Shown piece after piece: positions 56,980-64,000 of a DNA stretch of 64,000 nucleotides. The position numbers were made by a program, and so were the translations under genes. Each line of letters starts with the position of its first letter. The stretch's first letter is position 1. The stretch is from an uncultured Acidobacteriota bacterium (GTDB lineage: Bacteria; Acidobacteriota; Vicinamibacteria; Vicinamibacterales; 2-12-FULL-66-21), in the NCBI GenBank assembly GCA_963750475.1, contig CAVVQQ010000003.1, positions 64,958 to 128,957 on the forward strand, written 5' to 3'. The notes under the pieces are model-generated. The model was not told the DNA's origin. It did no database searches and saw only the letters and a program-made list of their open reading frames with translations.

Positions 56980-58588
56980 GTGATGCACACGAGCGGTCGG
57001 ACCGGCTGGCGTGTCGCGACGGTGGCCGCGCTCCTGGCGGGCGCGGGCATGACCGCGCTGGCCTCGGACTTCCTCACCGAGGGAGTCGACAACGCGCGCA
57101 CCGGCTGGGTCCGCGACGAGAAGATCTTCACCACGGCGAACGTCGCGCAGACGACGCTGCTCTGGAAGGTGAAGCTCGACAGCACGCCGCGGGCGATGCA
57201 CAACCTGTTCGCGCCGCTCGTCGCCGAACGCGTCACCACCGCCCAGGGGCCGCGCGAGCTCGCCGTCGTCGCCGGCGTGTCGGACGACCTCTTCGGTATC
57301 GACGTCGCCACCGGCCGGCAGATCTGGCACCGCCGCTTCGACAGCACTCTCGAGAATCCGGGCGGCACCACCGACACGCTCTGCCCGGGCGGCCAGACCG
57401 CCGTGCCGACGATGGCGCAGACCTCGCCGGGCACGCTACACCATCTATGCGGTGTCGTGGGACGGCCGGCTGCGCCAGGTGAACCTCGCCGACGGCCAGG
57501 ACGCCGCGCCGCCCGAGAAATTCATCCCCGGCGGCGGCAAGCCGTACGCGCTGAACCTGCACAACGGGCGTGATCTACACCGCCACGGCGCAGGGCTGCG
57601 GCGGGCTGACGAACGCCTTCTACTCGTTCGACCTCGCGTCGCGCCGCGCCAGCGCCTTCATCCCGGCCGGCGGCGGCCTGTGGGGACGCCGCGGCGCATC
57701 GATCGATCCGGAGGGCCGGGTCTACCTCGGCACCGGCGACGCCCAGTTCGATCCCGCGACGCGGCGCCTCGGCAACGCCATCGTCGGCGTCAAGCTCGAC
57801 GCCAGCAAGCAGCTCCAGCTCGTCGATTTCTTCGGCGCGCCGAACGCCAACTGGCTGTGGCGCCGCGACCTCGACGTCAACACGACGCCGGTGGCCTTCG
57901 ACGCGCACGGCCGCAAGTTCCTCGTCGGCACCAGCAAGGAATGCCGGCTGTGGCTGCTCGATCGCGAGGCGCTCGGCGGCGAGGATCATCGGACCACGCT
58001 GCAGACGACGCCGCTGCTCTGCAACGACGCGCAGGCGTTCGACGCCAGGGGCGATCTGGGGCGCGCTCAGCGCCTGGCAGGACCAGGCCGGCACGTCAGT
58101 GGGTGCTGGCGCCGTTCTGGGGACCGGTGAGCAGGGACTTCAAGGCGCCGATCGAGCACGCGCGCCCGGCCGGCGGCGGCGTCGCCGCCTTCAAGCTGCA
58201 GCAGACGCCGGCGGCAAGCTGGCAGCTCGACGCCGGCCTGGCTGTCGCGCGACATGGACCTCGCCGAAGAGGCGATCATCGCCAACGGCGTCGTGTTCGC
58301 CTACGCCGCCGGCGAGGACGCGTCGCAGACGATGCCGGACAAGGCGTGGGACGAGCCGGGCGGCCCGGTCTACGGCGGCGGCCTCAGCTCGGGCCCGGCG
58401 CGGCGCGTGCCGACCTCGCGGCGCGGCCGCGCTCTACGCGCTCGACGCGCAGACCGGCAAGGAGCTGTGGTCGAGCGGCAGCACAGATCGAATCGTGGAA
58501 TCACTTCAGCGGGTTGACCGTCGCCAACGGCCGCGCCTACCTCGCGACGTTCGACGGCGTCCTCTACTGCTTCGGCATTGCCCGGTAA
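56980..58588 (+). pseudogene. Secreted PQQ-like / BamB-like beta-propeller repeat protein (paralog 1), with seven frame changes as sequenced
   Basis: The start is GTG 56980 or ATG 56983, followed by a signal peptide. The sequence begins [31 protein letters not shown]... and [16 protein letters not shown]...SPG|[21 protein letters not shown]...LHNG|[12 protein letters not shown]. It continues ...[13 protein letters not shown]...[15 protein letters not shown]...|[14 protein letters not shown]|[11 protein letters not shown]...|[23 protein letters not shown]...|[18 protein letters not shown]|[32 protein letters not shown]. The shifts lie at about 57432, 57566, 58045, 58093, 58225, 58420 and 58478, all +1. 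Confidence 0.7.
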
Positions 58589-58602
58589 GGGCGGAGACAC
58601 TG

Positions 58603-60447
58603 ATGCGCGCGAACTTCGCTTGACGATCGTTCGTCCTCGCGGCCGCGCTGGCGGCGAGCGCCGCCTTCGCCGCAGGTCGGCCGCGGCGGCACCGCAGTGG
58701 CTGACGGCGCTCGGGCGACGCGCAGCGCACGTCCTGGGTCCGGAGCGACGACCGCATTTCCGTGCCGAGCGATGTCGAAGCCGGGCTTCGCAGCTGCAGT
58801 GGAAGGCAAAGCTCGACAACCGTCCCGCGCGGCCCGCACGGCCCCGGCCAGGGAGTGACGGCGACCGGCGTGACGCTGTTCGTGCCGATGTCGCTCGTCA
58901 CCGGCAGCTCGAACACCGTCTTCGGCATCGACAACGACATCGGCCACATCGTCTGGCAGCGGCAGTTCCCTGGGACGCTCCCGGCGCCGGGCGCAGGCTG
59001 CCCCGGCGGTACCCTCGCCAGCGCGACCCGCATCGTCCCGCTCAACGACACCACCACCATCCGGCCGGTATCCGACGCCGGCCGCGGCGTCGTCGGCTAT
59101 CGCAGCGTGATCGGGCAGCCCGGCGAGGGGGTGCCGGTTGAAGGCCGGGCCGGCGGACCCGCTGCCGCGAGTCCCGCGCCACCGGCAAATGAGGGGCGGG
59201 GCGGCCGCGGGTCAGCGGCGGCCGCAGCCGCGCCGCCACCTCCGCCCCCCCCACCCGCGTCGGGCGGCCAGGAGGCGGACCGCATTCCCGGTTCGTCCCG
59301 GGGCGGCGAGAAGACCGAAGCCGAACGCATGGCGGACGCCTACGGGTACGGCTTCCTGTTCAAGCCTTCCGGTGTCGTCTACGTCATCGCCAGCGACGGC
59401 ACGCTCCACGTGCTCGGCCTGCCCTCGGGGAAGGACATGCAGCGGCCGGCGCCCTTCCTGCCCGCCAACGCGCGATGGTCGTCGCCAATCGCGATCGGCA
59501 CGACGCTGTATGCCGCCACGGCGGGGGGTTGCGGCGGTGCGCCGCATGGCATCTGGGCGATCGATCTCGACAGCGACACGAAACCGGTGGTGTCGTGGAA
59601 GACGGGGGGCGGACCGGTCGTCGGCGCCGTGGCATTCACACCGGACGGCACCCTGATTGCCGCAATCGGGGCGGGGACGGCCACCGGCGACGGCAAAGCC
59701 AACGCGATTGTCGCGCTCGATCCGCGGACCCTCGAGGTCAAGGACTGGTTTTCACAGCCGGCCGCGGACTTCGTCACCGGGCCGACGATTCTCAGGCACA
59801 ACGGTCAGGATATCGTCGCCGCGGCGACCAGGGATGGACGGGTGTGGCTGCTCGATGCGAAATCGCTGGGCGGGGCCGGGCACGGCACGCCGCTGCACGT
59901 GTCGAAGACGATTCTTGGAACGGGCGCGGTCGTCAGCGCCGACGCGCTCGCGGCGTGGTCCTCTGCGCCCCCAGCCGCCGCGCCAGCCCCTGGGGCACAA
60001 GCATCGCCTGGAGACTCGGCCACGTGGATCCTGCTGCCGGCCCGCGGCCGGCTGGCGAGCGGAATGCCGACGACGAACGGAGCGATTGCGACCGGCGCCG
60101 TCGTCGCGCTGAAGCTGACCGGTAACGGCAGCGGGCTGGCGCTCGAGCCGGGCTGGGTGTCCCACGACCTGGCCGCCCCGGCGACTCCCATCATCGTCAA
60201 TGGCGTGATCTTCGCGCTGGCGACGGGTGCGCCGGCGGCGGCCGGCGGCCGCGGCACCCCGGCAGTGCTTCATGCCTATGACGGCGCGACCGGGGCGGAA
60301 CTGTGGACCAGCGGCAACGCGATGGCGACGTTCGCGTCGCCAGGCAGCCTGTGGGTCGGCTACGGCCAGGTCTATGTCGGCGGCCAGGACGGAACGATCC
60401 ACGCCTTCGGCTTCAACGACGAGCGCCGCCCGACCAGCGCGCCGTGA
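58603..60447 (+). pseudogene. Secreted PQQ-like / BamB-like beta-propeller repeat protein (paralog 2) with a Pro/Ala/Gly-rich insertion. The 5' 250 nt are disrupted and the rest is intact.
   Basis: ATG 58603 has GGAG upstream. The N-terminus reads MRANFA-TGA-RSFVLAAALAASAAFAAG, with an in-frame stop at 58621. The following pieces lie in successive frames: PQWLTALG / DAQRTSWVRSDDRISVPS / MSKPGFA / LQWKAKLDN / PRGPHGPGQGVTATGVTLFVPMSLVTGSSNTVFGIDNDIGHIVWQRQF. There is then one clean frame from about 58850 to 60447, including AIDLDSDTKPVVSW, ALDPRTLEVKDWF, RDGRVWLLDAKSLGG, LHAYDGATGAELWTSG and GQDGTIHAFGF. Confidence 0.7.
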
Positions 60448-60450
60448 AGC

Positions 60451-60468
60451 CCGGCGCGGCGGCGCCGG
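60451..60468. terminator. Short GC hairpin between convergent genes
   Basis: The hairpin CCGGCGC-ggcg-GCGCCGG is followed by TTCC. It lies 4 nt after the propeller-2 stop. Confidence 0.25.
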
Positions 60469-60492
60469 TTCCGACCCCGGAGTGAGTTGCCC

Positions 60493-61848
60493 TCAGCGGT
60501 CCGGTTGACGGCCCGGAGCCGGCGGCGTGTACGGCGTGCCGCCGACGATCCCGCCGAGGATTTCGTTGACCCGCGCCGTGCAGGCGTGAGCCTGGATCGG
60601 CGTCAGGTTGTCGTGCTCGGACTCGATCATCGGCAGCGTTTCGACCGGCGCCGCGACCTGATTCAGCATCGTGTAGATCCCCGCCGGCGGCGAGATCGTG
60701 TCGATGAATCCCATTCCCGCGAACAGCGGCGCCTTGATGCGCGGCGCGAAGTTGACCGGATCGAAATAGAGCGCCGTCGCCATCACCTCGGGGTTGTCCG
60801 ACGGCCAGTTCGGGTAGCCCGCCTTGCGGCCGTGGAGATCGCCGTTGGTGTCGGCGCCGGCCGGCACGCAGACCAGCACGGCGCTGATGTTCGCGGGCCG
60901 CAGCCCGGCGAGGGCAACGCTCTGCTGGCCGCCCATGCTGCCGCCGGTGACGACGATCGTCTTGCCGTCCCAGTCGGGCCGCGTCACCAGATAGTCGAGC
61001 GCCCGCGAGTCGCGCAGGTACATATTGAGGAAGTAGGACTGTTCACGATTGGTGTTGCCGAGCGCCTGGTAAGTGCGCGGCACGCCGCCCGAGGGATCCG
61101 AGGGGAGCTTGTCGTGCGAGTCGACATTGACGACGAGCCAGCCTTCGGCGGCGCGGCGCGCCGCGGCGGCGGCATTCAGGGCGTAGACGCCGGCATACTG
61201 CAGCTGGATGAGGGCCGGGAACTTCCCCTCGCGGGCCGGCTTCGCCAGGTAGCCATGTGCTTTCGAGCCGAGCGCGTTCAGCTCGAAGATGTTCAGTTCG
61301 ACGCCGGGTACTTCGGTCGTTACCGGCGTCAGGGTCGCGTTGACCGGGATCGCAGCCTGGGCGGCGAGCTTGGCGTCCCAGAAGGCGTCGAAGTCGGCGG
61401 GTCGAGGAACCGAGACGCCAATCTTCGCCGGTGCGACAGCGGCACCGATCGCATAGAGTCCGCTGTTGCGTCCGGTGTTCCCGCCGATGAAGTGCGCCGG
61501 TTCGCCCGGCGCCGCGGCGGCCGCCAGATCGAGATTGCGGACGGCTTCCACCGCGACGTAGATCATGCCGGGCGTATCAGCGGTCACCTCGATGGTGTCG
61601 TGGCCGCTGGACAGGTTCAGCGTGCCTTCCTTGAGCACCACCGCGTTGTTGCGGCGCGCCGTCCATTTGTAGGCATACGCCGGCGGCGCCGGATCGAGCG
61701 TGACCGTCCAGCCCACCGTCTCGCCGATCTCATAGATGCCGCTCGCGTGATAGGGCGCAAAGGCGAGCCGCTGTGGCGTCGTCGCATCGCGTTGGGCGAG
61801 GGCGGACGGAGTGAATGAGAAGACCAGCGTCAGCAGCAGGTGGATCAC
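60493..61848 (-). CDS. Secreted acetylxylan esterase / cephalosporin-C deacetylase-like (CE7, AXE1-type) alpha/beta hydrolase
   Basis: The ORF is 60493..61989. The start is probably GTG 61848, which gives the signal peptide IHLLLTLVFSFTPSALAQ. An N-terminal beta-sandwich is followed by DFDAFWDAKL, ...HGYLAKPAREGKFPALIQLQYAG and the nucleophile elbow VTGGSMGGQQS. The start choice is uncertain. Confidence 0.7.
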   Translation of the reverse strand: MIHLLLTLVFSFTPSALAQRDATTPQRLAFAPYHASGIYEIGETVGWTVTLDPAPPAYAYKWTARRNNAVVLKEGTLNLSSGHDTIEVTADTPGMIYVAVEAVRNLDLAAAAAPGEPAHFIGGNTGRNSGLYAIGAAVAPAKIGVSVPRPADFDAFWDAKLAAQAAIPVNATLTPVTTEVPGVELNIFELNALGSKAHGYLAKPAREGKFPALIQLQYAGVYALNAAAAARRAAEGWLVVNVDSHDKLPSDPSGGVPRTYQALGNTNREQSYFLNMYLRDSRALDYLVTRPDWDGKTIVVTGGSMGGQQSVALAGLRPANISAVLVCVPAGADTNGDLHGRKAGYPNWPSDNPEVMATALYFDPVNFAPRIKAPLFAGMGFIDTISPPAGIYTMLNQVAAPVETLPMIESEHDNLTPIQAHACTARVNEILGGIVGGTPYTPPAPGRQPDR

Positions 61849-62054
61849 GGCGGAATTATGCCCGATCCGGACCGCTCTGGCGGTCTGGTCCGCCTCGAGA
61901 TGCACAATGCGGCCAGCGGGGTGTGGGAACATCAGCGCTCGGACGTGACGATCGCCGAAGAAGAAGAGGCCATGGAGGCAGCAGGTCATGTGGTCCGGGG
62001 CCGCTTACTCTGATGGCCGCCGAGCGACACGGTTCGTTACACGAGGATAGACCT

Positions 62055-64000
62055 ATGAGTGTGAACAGGCGCTCGATGCTCGGCGGTGTGCTGGCCGTGA
62101 GCCTCCTCGCTGGCGCGAGTGTAGCGGCCAGGCAGGCGCCGCGGAATGCGGCGGCCGCCGCGGTGCAGAATCCGGTGCCGGCGACCTCCGAATCGGTCGC
62201 CGCCGGGAAAAAGGCCTACGACCTGAACTGCGCCGGCTGCCACGGCAACATGGCGCAGGGAGCGGAGAAGGCTGGCGTCGTCATCTCGATCATCCAGGAG
62301 CAGGGAGGGAGGCAGCCGCCCGATCTCACCGACGACAAGTGGGACTTCGGCTCGAGCGACGGGGAGATCTATACCGTCATCAGGAAGGGCGTTCCACCGA
62401 CGATGATGGCCGGCTGGGAGGGACGAATCCCGGACACCGACATCTGGAACATCGTCCACTACCTTCGCGCCCTGGCGGCGCACGAGAAGGTGGCAGAGGC
62501 GCCGGCGGCGGCAGCGTCGACCGCGCCACGGCGGACGCTGGAGCTGGCCGACTACGTCCAGATGCCGATCACCGGGGACCCCGCCGGGGAGAACACCCGC
62601 GGCGAACTGGCGCGCGTGAACTTCATGCGGGACGAGCCGGGCGGCCGGCGCTTCTTCATCGCCGACCTCAACGGCCCGCTGTACATCCTGGACAAGCAGA
62701 CCAAGAGGTTCGCGATCTACCTTGATTTCAACGGCCTTGCCGGCCGCCCCGGCCTGTTCCAGAAGTTGACCTTCGAACGCAACCTCGCCACCGGCCTGAT
62801 CGACGTCGTCTTCGATCCCGACTACGCGCGGAACGGCGTCTTCTACACGATTCACATGGAGGATCCGACCACCGAAGGGTCCGCCAGTCCGAAGCCCGGC
62901 GTCGTTCCGGGCCTCGACCTGTCGGGCTACGAGACGACCACGGCGATCGTGACGCCGACACTGCCCGGGGCGGTCATCGACCGTGAGGCGGTCGTCATCG
63001 AGTGGACCGATCGCAATACCGCCGACGCGACGTTCGAGGGCACGGCGCGCGAGCTGCTGCGGCTGCAGCTGCCGTCGCCGATTCACCCGCTCGGCGATAT
63101 CACCTTCAACCCGACCGCGCGGCGTGGCGACCCCGAATGGCGCGTGATGTATGTCGGCGTCGGCGATTCCGGGACCGGCGAGCAGCGCGACATCCGGCAC
63201 CTGACCCCGCAGCGGCTCGACAACATCAGCGGGAAGATTTTGCGGATCGTTCCGGATCTCCGCGAGCATACGGCGACCAGCACGGTCAGCGAGAACGGGC
63301 GATACCGGGTTCCGAACGACAACCCCTTCGTCTCCGTCGAGGGCGCGCGCAAGGAGATCTGGGCGGTCGGGCTGCGCAATCCGCACCGGCTGGTCTGGGA
63401 CGTGGATCCCGCCGCGCCCGGCGCGCCGCGGCTGCTGGCGTTCAGCATCGGCCTGACCTCGTGGGAAACCGTCGTCATCGTCCGGAAGGGGGCGAACTAC
63501 GGCTACCCACTGCGCGAGGGACCGCAGGCGATGAGTGCCGAGGGCATGGGCCGGGTCCCGGCAGACGACACGATTCCGCTGCAGATTACCGACACAATCA
63601 CCCGCGGCACGGTGCATCCGATCTATCCGGTGATTGCCTATCCGCACACTGCGGCCGGCGGCGACGCGATCGCGGGGGGCTTCGTCTATCGCGGCAGCAG
63701 GATTCCCGCGCTGAAGGACAAGCTGGTCTTCGGCGACATTACGACCGGCCACATCTGGTACGCGGACAGGGCCGACGTGCTCCGAGCGGACGACGGGAAT
63801 CCGGAGACGCTGGCGCCGATGCACGAGCTCGACGCGGGGCTGCGCCGCCTCGTCGAGGACACTTTCCGGGCGCGCGGCGGCCAGGGGGACGCGCTGCCGG
63901 GGGCCGCGGCGGTGGCGGGGCGCGGGCGTGTCGATCTCCGGTTCGCCGAGGACAGCGCCGGCGAGCTCTACCTGCTGACCAAGAGCGACGGCATGATCCG
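62055..64000 (+). CDS. Cytochrome c domain fused to a soluble glucose/sorbosone dehydrogenase-like (SGDH, PQQ-dependent) beta-propeller. The 3' end is cut by the window.
   Basis: This ORF is not in the track because it has no stop in the window. ATG 62055 has GAGGA upstream. The translation reads MSVNRRSMLGGVLAVSLLAG...AAGKKAYDLNCAGCHGNMAQG...MMAGWEGRIPDTDIWNIVHYLRAL. It continues RFFIADLNGPLYILDK, FYTIHMED, GVGDSG, LDNISGKILRIVPD, NPFVS...EIWAVGLRNPHRLVWD, NYGYPLREG and GGFVYRGSRIPALKDKLVFGDI. Confidence 0.8.
   Translation, partial: MSVNRRSMLGGVLAVSLLAGASVAARQAPRNAAAAAVQNPVPATSESVAAGKKAYDLNCAGCHGNMAQGAEKAGVVISIIQEQGGRQPPDLTDDKWDFGSSDGEIYTVIRKGVPPTMMAGWEGRIPDTDIWNIVHYLRALAAHEKVAEAPAAAASTAPRRTLELADYVQMPITGDPAGENTRGELARVNFMRDEPGGRRFFIADLNGPLYILDKQTKRFAIYLDFNGLAGRPGLFQKLTFERNLATGLIDVVFDPDYARNGVFYTIHMEDPTTEGSASPKPGVVPGLDLSGYETTTAIVTPTLPGAVIDREAVVIEWTDRNTADATFEGTARELLRLQLPSPIHPLGDITFNPTARRGDPEWRVMYVGVGDSGTGEQRDIRHLTPQRLDNISGKILRIVPDLREHTATSTVSENGRYRVPNDNPFVSVEGARKEIWAVGLRNPHRLVWDVDPAAPGAPRLLAFSIGLTSWETVVIVRKGANYGYPLREGPQAMSAEGMGRVPADDTIPLQITDTITRGTVHPIYPVIAYPHTAAGGDAIAGGFVYRGSRIPALKDKLVFGDITTGHIWYADRADVLRADDGNPETLAPMHELDAGLRRLVEDTFRARGGQGDALPGAAAVAGRGRVDLRFAEDSAGELYLLTKSDGMI

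Noticed and set aside
62037-63824. 595-aa minus-strand ORF
   Set aside because: It is antisense to the cytochrome c-SGDH fusion, which has clear motifs (CAGCH and propeller blades). The minus-strand translation is Arg/Pro/Gly/Asp-rich and featureless.
1-64000. rRNA, tRNA, tmRNA, CRISPR, insertion sequences or prophage genes
   Set aside because: Intergenic regions are short and none showed cloverleaf-like or rRNA-like sequence. No transposase, integrase or phage-like ORFs were seen. This is a by-eye negative and should be confirmed with tRNAscan-SE, Infernal and ISEScan.

Overview
This 64-kb window is a very G+C-rich, gene-dense bacterial chromosomal segment with about 58 protein-coding loci on both strands. 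By eye I found no rRNA, tRNA, CRISPR array, transposase, integrase or phage genes. The gene content suggests a soil Acidobacteriota-like organism: a CarboxypepD_reg-type TonB receptor, many secreted SGNH/CE esterases, ThuA, DinB, PQQ-type propellers and c-type cytochromes. This taxonomic call is inference only.

Layout:
- 1-17.2 kb: a carbohydrate/ester utilisation locus. It holds an AraR-like regulator, a CE1-type esterase, a TonB receptor, three SGNH hydrolases, a dihaem cytochrome c plus PQQ dehydrogenase, an AGE-family epimerase, a TIM-barrel isomerase and an aldehyde dehydrogenase.
- 17.2-21.9 kb: small detox and stress genes and an ECF sigma factor.
- 22.1-25.7 kb: a YeeE/YedE-DUF302-thioredoxin-metallophosphatase set.
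- 25.7-28.6 kb: a ytrA-like GntR/ABC operon with a 20-bp palindromic operator candidate.
- 28.9-34 kb: an MOD1-like protein plus hybrid histidine kinase, an EF-hand-bearing ThuA protein and an SgcJ-like protein.
- 34.4-47.2 kb: the most unusual locus. A roughly 14-helix CydA-like (cytochrome bd-family) oxidase has no cydB. It is translationally coupled to three c-type cytochromes, one carrying an EB_dh/DOMON-like domain. These are followed by three proteins that together carry five PCP_red domains, a radical SAM/SPASM enzyme, an Mrp/NBP35 ATPase, a GNAT, and a secreted protein built from a 0.7-kb tandem duplication.
- 47.4-50.9 kb: a cupredoxin-like / HD-GYP / outer-membrane barrel operon.
- 52.0-56.8 kb: an aa3-type haem-copper oxidase cluster headed by a second cupredoxin-like paralog.
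- 57-60.4 kb: two paralogous PQQ-like beta-propeller proteins.
- 60.5-64 kb: a CE7-like esterase and a cytochrome c-SGDH fusion, cut by the window end.

Major caveat: many clearly homologous genes are broken by single-nucleotide frame changes. I count on the order of 60-70 by manual stitching, concentrated in 34.6-46.4, 52.3-56.0 and 57.4-58.85 kb. I read these as uncorrected sequence indels rather than true pseudogenes. Such loci are typed 'pseudogene' only because the frame is disrupted as sequenced. All coordinates of frame changes are approximate.
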